The translations under genes and the position numbers were made by a program. Of a stretch of 32,000 bases of DNA, positions 16,901-24,577 are shown one piece after another. Within the stretch, counting starts at the first letter, position 1. Each line of letters opens with the position of its first letter. The stretch lies in assembly GCF_003044035.1 (NCBI RefSeq), contig NZ_NVQC01000038.1, positions 6,669-38,668 on the forward strand, written 5' to 3'. Under the pieces are notes generated by a model. It saw nothing but the letters and a program-made list of their open reading frames with translations. It did no database searches and was not told where the DNA came from. The stretch is from Candidatus Methylomirabilis limnetica (GTDB lineage Bacteria; Methylomirabilota; Methylomirabilia; Methylomirabilales; Methylomirabilaceae).

Positions 16901-17192
16901 CTCCTCCTCCCCCCATCCCAGCCTTCCGCCGCCAAGGGGGAAGGGAAGTGCGGTGGTGCCTTCACCTGGTGGGGGGAAGGGATGCCCATGGTGGATTTTT
17001 CCCCCTCACGCCTGACGCCCATCTCCCTTCCGAGGGGAGGATTCCCTCTCCGACCTCCTCCCCCCTTGTGGGGGAGGATTGAGGTGGGGGGTATACTGGG
17101 AAGGCTTACGCTCTCCCGTGGGATGGGCGGGGATAAACCCCGCCCCTACATCCCCCCCATCCTCACCTTCCCCCGCCAGAGGGGAAGGGATC
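16901..17192. repeat. mosaic GC-rich multi-hairpin repeat cluster (about two and a half units)
   Basis: Contains 'ccccccatcccagccttccgccgccaagggggaagggaagtgcggtggtgccttcacctggtggggggaaggga', 'cctcctccccccttgtgggggaggattgaggtggggggtatactgggaaggcttacgctctcccgtgggatgggcggggataaaccccgcccctacatcccccccatcctcaccttcccccgccagaggggaaggga'. Confidence 0.9.
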
Positions 17193-17202
17193 GGCATCAC
17201 AG

Positions 17203-18483
17203 TCAGTGGATCTTCTTGAGGGACACCTGGTCGATCCAGGCGGTTCCGCCGATGAGATTATCGAGTTTCTGGCTGGTCTCTCGCCGGATCTTGATGACAA
17301 TGGCCTGAGATCGCGGAGAGGTTTCAAACGGTACGCGCACCTCGGACCACGGGTGGTCGCCGATGTAGCTCTCGCTCGTGGCATGGCGTCTGCCATCGAG
17401 AAAATCTATTACCTCCAGATAGGGGCCGTTTGAGGTCGTGATGCCTGTGGTCTTGATGGAACCGCTCAGTAGGTAGCGAGTCCCCGGCATCACCGGAACC
17501 ACCTGAGAGGCAGCGGTCAGATCTAGATTTCGAGTGCCATCAAAGGCGATCTTGAGCGATCGCGTCCCCTCCGCGGAGCTCGACGCACCAACCCCAATCT
17601 CTACCCCAGCGCTCCGTCCAACCCGCCAATCGAATCCGGCCCCCCACGTCTCGTCTCGCTCGAACCCGCCATTCCACATTAGATTGTCAAGGTCACCGCC
17701 TCCCCTGCCAATCCCCCGTAATCGCAACAGCAGGTTCCAGGCAGACGTAGCCTCTGACAGGTCCTTGTGTTCAAGCATGAAATCGACATACGCTGAAGCG
17801 AGGCGGGGATCCACGCTGACAGCAGGGAGAGCGGTAAGCCGCTGCCACACCACCCTTCCGTTCTCAGCCTCCCCCTGCCTGATCAGGTAGTCCAGGTAGT
17901 CCGACAAGACCCCCGGCTCGGCGGGTAAGGTCGTGTCGATGAAATCGGCGGGCTGCATGAGGGTGTGGATAAGGGTGAAATAGGTCTGGCGCTGGCTTGG
18001 CTCGGTCATCACCAGATGTCGCAGGTTGGCGATGGCGGCCTCGTAGTCCTCAAGCTGGATCTGAAACAGTGCGGCCTCCCAACGCAGCCTCGCATTGCTA
18101 GGATTGAACCACAACGCAAGCCTGAGGGCGGGCTTGGCCTCCTGGACCTGACCTAACCACCAGTGGGTCCTCGCCACATCGAACCACGTGCGGCTGGAAA
18201 GGGGATTCTCCCAAAGGGCCAGTCGATAGTGACGCAACGCCTCCTGATAGTCCTGGAAGCTCACGCTGTATTGGCGAATCTTTCCCAGGTGCTGATGCTG
18301 GTACTGGGGGTGTTCTGGATGCGACCGCCAGGCACGGAGCAGTTCAGGGTCGTGGGGAAGAGCGGGGATCGCGAAGCTGGCCGCCCAGGGACGGACGATC
18401 ATCCAGGAGGCCAAGGTGGTAAGGCAGGCGAGCAGTAGGAGGGAAGCGGCCTTGCTTGACGACGTCCTGAACTCGAGGACCAT
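17203..18483 (-). CDS. membrane-anchored TPR-repeat protein with a C-terminal carbohydrate-binding-module-like (CBM4/9-type) domain
   Basis: 426 aa with an N-terminal hydrophobic anchor (AASLLLLACLTTLASWMIV). TPR-like helices: YQEALRHYRLALWENPLSSRTWFDVARTHWWLGQVQEAKPALRLALWFNPSNARLRWEAALFQIQLEDYEAAI. The C-terminus, 'WNGGFE...W...GTRSLKI...QVVPVMPGTRYLLSGSIKT', resembles a CBM_4_9 fold. Confidence 0.65.
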   Translation of the reverse strand: MVLEFRTSSSKAASLLLLACLTTLASWMIVRPWAASFAIPALPHDPELLRAWRSHPEHPQYQHQHLGKIRQYSVSFQDYQEALRHYRLALWENPLSSRTWFDVARTHWWLGQVQEAKPALRLALWFNPSNARLRWEAALFQIQLEDYEAAIANLRHLVMTEPSQRQTYFTLIHTLMQPADFIDTTLPAEPGVLSDYLDYLIRQGEAENGRVVWQRLTALPAVSVDPRLASAYVDFMLEHKDLSEATSAWNLLLRLRGIGRGGGDLDNLMWNGGFERDETWGAGFDWRVGRSAGVEIGVGASSSAEGTRSLKIAFDGTRNLDLTAASQVVPVMPGTRYLLSGSIKTTGITTSNGPYLEVIDFLDGRRHATSESYIGDHPWSEVRVPFETSPRSQAIVIKIRRETSQKLDNLIGGTAWIDQVSLKKIH

Positions 18484-18548
18484 GCGATCTCATCTCCCAT
18501 CCTAAAACTAGCGCGGGAAAACTATTCCATAGTCATTTTGTTGAGGGT

Positions 18549-18645
18549 CGATACCCCGCGGCTTGCCGCGAGTTCGTCATACCGGCGGAAGCCGGTATCC
18601 AGAGGGCCGACTGGATTCCGTGTCAAGCACGGAATGACGGGCCAG
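18549..18645. repeat. ~95-bp two-hairpin repeat (second family), copy A
   Basis: 'cgataccccgcggcttgccgcgagttcgtcataccggcggaagccggtatccagagggccgactggattccgtgtcaagcacggaatgacgggccag' is near-identical to 28897-28989. Perfect hairpins: ataccggc-ggaa-gccggtat and attccgtg-tcaagc-acggaat. The head 'cgataccccgcRgcttgccgcg' recurs at 18655-18677. Confidence 0.85.
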
Positions 18646-18699
18646 AACAGAAGACGATACCCCGCAGCTTGCCGCGGGGCAGTTCATTGGTTTTAAGGT

Positions 18700-18775
18700 C
18701 CCCCCCACCCGTCCCCTCCCCCTCGGAGGGGGGAGGGTAAGAGGGAGAGTGCGGCCTTTCATGCCCATTGGCGAG
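18700..18775. repeat. GC-rich repeat, variant unit with the 'gggagagtgcggcctttcatgcccattggcg' tail
   Basis: 'cccccccacccgtcccctccccctcggaggggggagggtaagagggagagtgcggcctttcatgcccattggcgag'. The tail matches 18930-18962 at 28 of 33 positions. Confidence 0.7.
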
Positions 18776-18825
18776 TCAAGGCTCATGAGGTACTGCCCCG
18801 AAAGTCCCCCTCAACTACCTGATCC

Positions 18826-18960
18826 GTAGGGGCGGGGTTTATCCCCGCCCGGTAAGCGGGAGGGCATAAAGCCCTCCCCTACATCCCCCCATCCTATCCT
18901 TCCCCCGCAAGGGGGGAAGGGATATCGGCGGGAGAGTCCGGACTTTCATGCTCATGGGCG
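18826..18960. repeat. GC-rich multi-hairpin repeat, rearranged unit overlapping the 3' end of the Wzc-like gene
   Basis: Inverted copy of the ATAAA-loop hairpin ('gtaggggcggggtttatccccgccc', 18826-18850). A covariant direct copy follows ('gggagggcataaagccctcccctacatccccccatcctatccttcccccgcaaggggggaaggga', 18858-18921). Then the tail 'gggagagtccggactttcatgctcatgggcg'. Confidence 0.85.
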
Positions 18961-21293
18961 TGGGGGGCTCCTGGGGTATTGCTTCGATCATGGTGCCCCC
19001 TCGCGACGATACCGTGCCGTTCGGATTTCCGATGATAATAGTCGTGATAGTCCTGATAGTACGAATACCCGTGGCTATGCAGATCTATGTTGTTCAGGAC
19101 GACGCCCAAGATTTTCGCGTTGACTGCGTTGAGCGTTCTCACCGCTCTTTGAGCGGCATCTCGAACCGTTTTGCCTGCACGGATAACAAACACGGTGCCC
19201 TCGGCGAATGTGGATAGCAGGACGCTATCGGTAAACCCAAGCACCGGCGGCGCATCGATAATCACATACTTGAACTGCTGACAGAGCAGTTCCAAGGCAT
19301 CCCTCATCCGCTCGGAGCCAAGTAACTCTGCCGGGTTCAGTGGGGATTGTCCCGCCGGCAGTAGAGAGAGGTTGGAGGTTGCCGTTGGTTTGATGACGGC
19401 GCTAAGCTCTGCGTCTCCCACAAGGAAGTTCGACAGCCCTGGCGTTCGATCCTGCCCCAGGATCCGGTGACAATCGGGATAGCGCATATCCGCATCGATG
19501 AGCAGAACGTCACCGCCAAGTTGCGACAGCGCGACAGAGAGATTGATCGACACGCCTGTTTTACCGTCGCCCGGTTCCGCACTGGTCACGAGGAGCAGCT
19601 TAGGAGGGTTCTCCGGGAGAGAGAAGAGGAGCGAGGTCCGGATGTTCCGGATGGCCTCACCAACCAACGAGGACTGATCCTGGAGCATGACCAGTTCAAA
19701 CGACTTCGCGTCCTGGCCGTTGTTGGTCGTTCCTTTCAGCCGCCTCCTTCGTTCGACGGAGGCTAATGCCGGCACGGCCCCCAGAATCGGCAATGCGAAC
19801 GTCGATTCTACCTCTTCGATCTTATTGACAGTGTTGTCAAGGTAGTCGGAGAAGAACGCCAGGCCGATCCCCAGGCCGAGACCGAGGACGATCCCGAGCG
19901 TCAGGTTGAGCAGTTTCTTAGGGCGATCGGGCCAGAGCGGAATTTTCGCCAGGTCAGTGATCATAATATTCGTGGAATCGAGTCCCGCAGAGACAGCCGT
20001 CTCTTTCATGCGCTGCAACAGGCCGGAATACAGTTCGCGGTTGATGTCAACCTCTCGCTTCAGGATGTTGTACTGAATGGAATCCTCGTTGGTCTTGAGG
20101 GTCACCGTTTTCTGCTTATCCACCGCTGATTGGAGCAGATGTTCCGATTTCAGGCCTGCCTCATAACTCGACCGGAGGCCATCGACAACCCTTTGGACCT
20201 CACCATCAAGCTTTATCTTCACTTCGTCGATATTACTCTTCAGCGCCACCATCCTGGGATAGTCCGACAGGAACGTCTCAGACAGCTTCCTGTATTCGGC
20301 CTGAAGGCGGAAATACTCTGTCTTCAAGCTAGAGATCAGCGGATTTTCCAACACCGATGGGATCGACTGAAAATCCTGTCCCTGAGTCTGCCGATGCAGC
20401 GCCTCCTTCGCCAGCCGCTCGCTGCGCGCTTTCATCAGGGCATCAGTGAGCAGTGAGAGCTGCTTGGTGGTCTGTTCCTGTTTTTCATCTAGCACGAGGT
20501 ATTGCTTCTGCTTGGCAAATCGCTGAAGCAGTTCATCAGAGCTCTCGAGCTTGATCCTCACCTCTTGAATCTGTTTCGCCAGGAAGTCGCCGGCATATTT
20601 CATCGCGCCCAGCCTCTGCTCGATGCTCTGTTCGATAAAGTTCTCTGCCATCGCGTTGGCAATTTGGGCGGACAGTTCCGGCGAGGGGCTGAGGAAGGCG
20701 ATCTTCACCAGGCGGGTATTCTTGACGGGTTCAATCTCCAGCTTTTTCAGGAAACTCTGCACCACGGGCGATTCGGTGATTGACGCCTCGCCGGAAGCCT
20801 GCTGCGTAGACGGCTGAGGGCGTATGAGGTCCACAAGATTGGTGAGCCAAGTCCATGTTGGAGAGGCCGGACCTTGCATTCCAGAGCCCAAGAATTCCGG
20901 GTTTGCGTCGAGGTTGAAGCGTTTGACGACCCGCTCCGCAAGCGAATAGCTTGTCAGCAGCTTGTATTGCGTCTGATAATAATCATCGGTCTCTTTGTTG
21001 GCAGACGGCGAGACGTCATCGAACTTCAGGATCTTGAGTTCTGCCCTGTCGATCTTGATGGTGGCGGTGGCCTTATACACCGGCCGCTGAACAAACGTCG
21101 CAGTGGCAACGGTAACCACCGTGACAAGAAAACAGGTGAGGACGATCCAGCGATGCTTGAGGAGCACCTGCCAGTAATCCCTGAGATGCGGATCTTTCTT
21201 TTGCTCGGGAAACGCCTGGACAGGCCATAGCTGAGGCTTCGCCAAGCCTCCGCTGCCCCCCTTCACCTTTACGAGCGCATTATCGGGGTCCAT
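18894..21293 (-). CDS. wzc: Wzc/GumC-type polysaccharide co-polymerase fused to a BY-kinase (tyrosine autokinase) domain
   Basis: 799 aa. N-terminal TM plus Wzz-like region (HLRDYWQVLLKHRWIVLTCFLVTVVTV...YKATATIKIDR). Long coiled periplasmic part. Second TM (LNLTLGIVLGLGLGIGLAFF). P-loop 'TSAEPGDGKTGVSINLS', 'VLLIDADMRYP', 'YVIIDAPPVL'. Tyr cluster 'HGYSYYQDYHDYYH'. Confidence 0.9.
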   Translation of the reverse strand: MDPDNALVKVKGGSGGLAKPQLWPVQAFPEQKKDPHLRDYWQVLLKHRWIVLTCFLVTVVTVATATFVQRPVYKATATIKIDRAELKILKFDDVSPSANKETDDYYQTQYKLLTSYSLAERVVKRFNLDANPEFLGSGMQGPASPTWTWLTNLVDLIRPQPSTQQASGEASITESPVVQSFLKKLEIEPVKNTRLVKIAFLSPSPELSAQIANAMAENFIEQSIEQRLGAMKYAGDFLAKQIQEVRIKLESSDELLQRFAKQKQYLVLDEKQEQTTKQLSLLTDALMKARSERLAKEALHRQTQGQDFQSIPSVLENPLISSLKTEYFRLQAEYRKLSETFLSDYPRMVALKSNIDEVKIKLDGEVQRVVDGLRSSYEAGLKSEHLLQSAVDKQKTVTLKTNEDSIQYNILKREVDINRELYSGLLQRMKETAVSAGLDSTNIMITDLAKIPLWPDRPKKLLNLTLGIVLGLGLGIGLAFFSDYLDNTVNKIEEVESTFALPILGAVPALASVERRRRLKGTTNNGQDAKSFELVMLQDQSSLVGEAIRNIRTSLLFSLPENPPKLLLVTSAEPGDGKTGVSINLSVALSQLGGDVLLIDADMRYPDCHRILGQDRTPGLSNFLVGDAELSAVIKPTATSNLSLLPAGQSPLNPAELLGSERMRDALELLCQQFKYVIIDAPPVLGFTDSVLLSTFAEGTVFVIRAGKTVRDAAQRAVRTLNAVNAKILGVVLNNIDLHSHGYSYYQDYHDYYHRKSERHGIVARGHHDRSNTPGAPHAHEHESPDSPADIPSPLAGEG

Positions 21294-21312
21294 CTATCTC
21301 TATCCTTGACTG

Positions 21313-21387
21313 AGAAAATCTCCCCTCGCCCCTCTTTTCCAAAGAGGGGTAAATCCTCCCTTTGGCAAAGGGAGGTGAGGAGGGATT
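21313..21387. repeat. 75-bp two-hairpin element (third family), copy A, in the wza-wzc intergenic gap
   Basis: 'agaaaatctcccctcgcccctcttttccaaagaggggtaaatcctccctttggcaaagggaggtgaggagggatt'. It matches 22471-22545 at 71 of 75 positions. Hairpins: cccctcttt-tcc-aaagagggg and cctcccttt-ggc-aaagggagg. Confidence 0.9.
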
Positions 21388-21392
21388 GTTCA

Positions 21393-22484
21393 TCATAAAG
21401 ACGCGCCGACGCCGAACCGGATGAACTCAAGAAAACCGAACCAAGCCGACTTAAACCCATTGCTGTTGACCAGGATCACGTCGTTCTTCATCACAAGGGG
21501 GCCTTTCTGGCCCTGCTCGATTTCGTTGAGACTGACCTCAATGATCTGCTTCTGTTGTCCTTTAATCTCGCGGAAGATCTTGACGCTTTCAAAATCTGCG
21601 ACCTTCGTGACACCGCCGGCTTCGATGATCGCTTGATCAACCGTAACATCCCTGCCCTTCAAGACATACGAACCAGGTTTCTGGACCGATCCCCCCACAA
21701 AGTAGCTGCCCGCCTTTGGAACGTGGACGACGTCTCCGGACTGCAGGGGCGCGTTCAACTCATCCTTCCCATCGACCAGCATCTCCTCCAGGTTGATTTC
21801 GAGAACCGCCTCCTGAGCGGATTTGCCATCCGATGCGGTCTGGGGCTGAGAGCCAAGCGGTCCTGGCGCTGCTGACGACTTCACAACTTTACGAATCAGG
21901 TAGACGATCTGGTCAGATTGCTCTGTGAGCCCCTCGGCCATTGCCAGCATATCGACTACCGAGCGCGGGCCACTGACCTCAAAGACGCCGGGCTTTTTCA
22001 CGGCGCCGAGGACACTAATTCGGTGACTGTGATGCTCGAGCACGAAGACGCTGACCTGAGGATCCCTGATGTACCTGGAGCCGAGCGCCGCCTTCACGAT
22101 CGCTTCAAGCTCCATAGCGGTCTTTCCGCCGGCGGCTACCGTTCCCGCCAGCGGGAGCGTCATGAGCCCTTCTGCGCCGACTCTGGCCTTGATCTTGCTG
22201 AGTTCCGCGATGTCGAAGACGGAGATCTCTAGCAGATCGCCTGTCCCCAACCGATAATCACCAGACAGACTGTCGGAATTCGCCATGGCAAGGATCCTGC
22301 TGTTGAGGGCCATAGTGCCACGGCTCTCGTCACGGGTCGCGTTGGCGATCAAGGCTTCGGTCTTTGAAATCCCGGACCTTGTCGCGCAACCGGAAGCGAA
22401 GAGAGCGAGCACCGCCACAAACAACAGGATATAGCTATTAACCGCATCAAATTTGAATTGACATCGATTAAGAAAATCTCCCAT
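21393..22484 (-). CDS. wza: Wza-type polysaccharide export outer-membrane lipoprotein (Poly_export + SLBB repeats)
   Basis: Starting at ATG 22484 gives MGDFLNRCQFKFDAVNSYILLFVAVLALFASGCATR, which has a lipobox (LFASGC). 'YRLGTGDLLEISVF', 'GLMTLPLAGTVAAGGKT' and repeated 'V.V.G.V.KPG.Y.L' SLBB-like segments are present. The longer GTG 22661 start would translate a repeat element. Confidence 0.85.
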   Translation of the reverse strand: MGDFLNRCQFKFDAVNSYILLFVAVLALFASGCATRSGISKTEALIANATRDESRGTMALNSRILAMANSDSLSGDYRLGTGDLLEISVFDIAELSKIKARVGAEGLMTLPLAGTVAAGGKTAMELEAIVKAALGSRYIRDPQVSVFVLEHHSHRISVLGAVKKPGVFEVSGPRSVVDMLAMAEGLTEQSDQIVYLIRKVVKSSAAPGPLGSQPQTASDGKSAQEAVLEINLEEMLVDGKDELNAPLQSGDVVHVPKAGSYFVGGSVQKPGSYVLKGRDVTVDQAIIEAGGVTKVADFESVKIFREIKGQQKQIIEVSLNEIEQGQKGPLVMKNDVILVNSNGFKSAWFGFLEFIRFGVGASL

Positions 22485-22545
22485 CGCCCCTCTTTTCCAA
22501 AGAGAGGTACATCCTCCCTTTGGCAAAGGGAGGTCAGGAGGGATT
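22471..22545. repeat. 75-bp two-hairpin element (third family), copy B, overlapping the wza start
   Basis: 'agaaaatctcccatcgcccctcttttccaaagagaggtacatcctccctttggcaaagggaggtcaggagggatt'. Confidence 0.9.
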
Positions 22546-22727
22546 CTTCGATACGGTAAAGTCACTATTTTTAGATAGTTAATCGCTGTTTCCCTATCCG
22601 ATCCTATCCTCTGTTTTAACATCTCTCGGTCTTTCGTCTTCTCCTGTTTTCCACAGTACACAGGAGGGCATCGATCGCGTAAATCCCCTCTCCCATCAGA
22701 ACAAGACGGAGCGGTGTAGGCTATTGC

Positions 22728-24047
22728 CTATTTAAGGGCCACGTCACTGGCAACGGAGTTATTTCCATTGCTGTGTAATGCCAATGAACCACCTGCGGTA
22801 GCTCCTGCCGTGCCCCCAGTCACTGCCGCAGCGAGCCCCCACCCAGCCGCTGGGACAAAGAACGCTGCTGCGAGACCGCATTCCTCAACGACTACCCATC
22901 GCTCTTCAGGTTTTTCTTCCCACGCCCACGTAAAGCCGTCGTACAGATCCTGGGTCGGTCGCGGCGGTTCGGCATTCGGAGAGCCAAGTTGCACCTCCTG
23001 CCACCCACCCGACACCTGTGGCGGGTTCGACGGATGCCAGGCCCATACATGCTCCGACTTGGCAGCTTGGGATGGCGGACTGACCGGCGGCGGGAGCTTG
23101 GCAGCCTCCCCGCTGGAAGCCCGGCGGAACGCTGCAAATTGACCGCACTCTCTCTGGGCAACCACCCATTGATCCTTCCACGCCCACGCAAAGCCTTGAC
23201 GCAGATCCTGGTCCGGCGCCGGAGGCGTCACTGGTGGCACGCCAAGCCTCATCTCCTGCCACCCGCCCTGAACCGCTTGGGGGTGAGAGGGGTGCCATGT
23301 CCAGACATGTTCAGGCTTTGCCGCCTGGCTAGGAGGATCGGACGGCGGAGGGGTTCGCTGGCCTCCAGGCTGAGCAGCCGCGTACTGTTTGAATCCCCCA
23401 AACGATTGAGCGAGCATGGTCCGTACCTGTCCTTCTCTCAGCCGTTCTGTGACGGAGCCGTTCTGCGAGACGAGGACCGCCTCACCAGACAGCAGGCGGA
23501 CTCGAGGAATCCCCCCCTTCTGAGCTGTGATCACACCCAGCGTGTCTCGCTGAGCCTGTGCATCCGTGCTGACGCGGGTCGCTATGGGGTTGTGATCAGA
23601 GCGCCCCATGCCGGCCACCGCAGTCTGAATCATCCCCCCCGGCATCCAAAGCCGAACAGACGAGGAGGGGCGCAATCGAAACAACATGTTGCCCTCTGCC
23701 ATGCGTACCGTCGTGGAAGGCCCCATCACAGCGATGGCAAGCTCTGTCGTGGGACTGGCTTCCAGTCGGCTTCCGTCGGACAGGGTCAAGGCAACGATCC
23801 CGGATCGGGCCCTGACCAGCATCTTGTCGAACACTGGAAGCGTCCCTGAGCCCAACGAAATCCAGCTCTTCCCGTCGAAGGAAACCTGCGCGGGCGACGT
23901 CCCGCGGATTTCACCGAGCGGTCGATTGAACAGAGGTGCTCCCGCGATCGCCACCGGCGTGATCGCTGACAAGGCGACCATAAGGAGCACCGCAACCGTA
24001 CAACCAATACGACTTCCACGATCTACCCAAGAGGCGAACATTACCAT
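22728..24047 (-). CDS. secreted or anchored protein: signal/TM segment, FecR-like domain, two tandem Trp-rich ~75-aa repeats, Gly/Ala-rich C-terminus
   Basis: 439 aa starting at ATG 24047. N-terminal hydrophobic stretch: CTVAVLLMVALSAITPVAIAG. FecR-like part: 'LPVFDKMLVRARSGIVALTLSDGSRLEASPTTELAIAV...VRMAEGNMLF'. Repeats at aa 233-307 and 319-396 (nt 23127-23351 and 22860-23093). Confidence 0.6.
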   Translation of the reverse strand: MVMFASWVDRGSRIGCTVAVLLMVALSAITPVAIAGAPLFNRPLGEIRGTSPAQVSFDGKSWISLGSGTLPVFDKMLVRARSGIVALTLSDGSRLEASPTTELAIAVMGPSTTVRMAEGNMLFRLRPSSSVRLWMPGGMIQTAVAGMGRSDHNPIATRVSTDAQAQRDTLGVITAQKGGIPRVRLLSGEAVLVSQNGSVTERLREGQVRTMLAQSFGGFKQYAAAQPGGQRTPPPSDPPSQAAKPEHVWTWHPSHPQAVQGGWQEMRLGVPPVTPPAPDQDLRQGFAWAWKDQWVVAQRECGQFAAFRRASSGEAAKLPPPVSPPSQAAKSEHVWAWHPSNPPQVSGGWQEVQLGSPNAEPPRPTQDLYDGFTWAWEEKPEERWVVVEECGLAAAFFVPAAGWGLAAAVTGGTAGATAGGSLALHSNGNNSVASDVALK

Positions 24048-24088
24048 TACCCCCTCTCTACGCCATCGGACGGTTATTGAGAAATAGA

Positions 24089-24577
24089 TTAGATAAATAC
24101 AGGCTCAGAGGGCGACGGTTCGCCCTCAGCCCTCTGAAACGTGCGGCCGACGAGACCAACGAGCTGATCGAATATGCGAGCCAACACTCGCCGCCGGGCC
24201 CACACCTCTCCGCGCTGCACTGCTCGGATCGCCTTTTCCAGGTTAGTTCCATCGCCCTTGACAAGGTACCCCATGGCCCCGAGTTCAAGCGCCTCCAGAA
24301 TGGTCGTCTCCTCATCGTGGCCCGAGAGGACGATCACCTTTGTTTTCGGGCTACACCATCTTACCACTGGGAGGACCTCCAGGCCACTGATTCCCGGCAA
24401 GTCTATGTCCAGGGTCAGGATGTCTGGATCTAGCCGTTCCACAGTGGCAATCGCCTCCCGCCCACTGTGCGCCTCTCCGACAACTTCAAAGCCCGGCACC
24501 AAGTTGAGTTGTTCACGGAACAACTCGCAAAGCCCTGGGTCATCCTCAGCGATAACAATACGAATCATAGATGACAT
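24089..24577 (-). CDS. stand-alone NarL-type receiver protein (no DNA-binding domain)
   Basis: 162 aa: 'IVIAEDDPGL', 'ILTLDIDLPGISG', 'VIVLSGH', 'GAMGYLVKG'. The linker resembles the neighbouring regulator (EVWARRRVLARIFDQL vs EIWAGRKVLAEALESL). It stops before any HTH. Confidence 0.85.
   Translation of the reverse strand: MSSMIRIVIAEDDPGLCELFREQLNLVPGFEVVGEAHSGREAIATVERLDPDILTLDIDLPGISGLEVLPVVRWCSPKTKVIVLSGHDEETTILEALELGAMGYLVKGDGTNLEKAIRAVQRGEVWARRRVLARIFDQLVGLVGRTFQRAEGEPSPSEPVFI

Noticed and set aside
12275-17192. Small, often TA-type ORFs separated by conserved structured repeats resemble a chromosomal integron cassette array (attC sites).
   Set aside because: The repeats are chains of short perfect GC hairpins. 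They are not a single long imperfect palindrome with RYYYAAC...GTTRRRY core sites. The one GTTAGGC at 15756-15762 is expected by chance. No integrase gene or attI is in the window. An attC covariance model could still test this formally.
8991-18960. A regularly recurring ~110-bp repeat could suggest a CRISPR array.
   Set aside because: The units are over 100 bp, modular and variable in composition. The intervening segments are whole genes of 200-1300 bp. No cas genes or leader are present.
22485-22661. A longer Wza N-terminus from GTG 22661.
   Set aside because: It would translate the 75-bp repeat and put about 60 non-signal residues ahead of a clear lipoprotein signal peptide.
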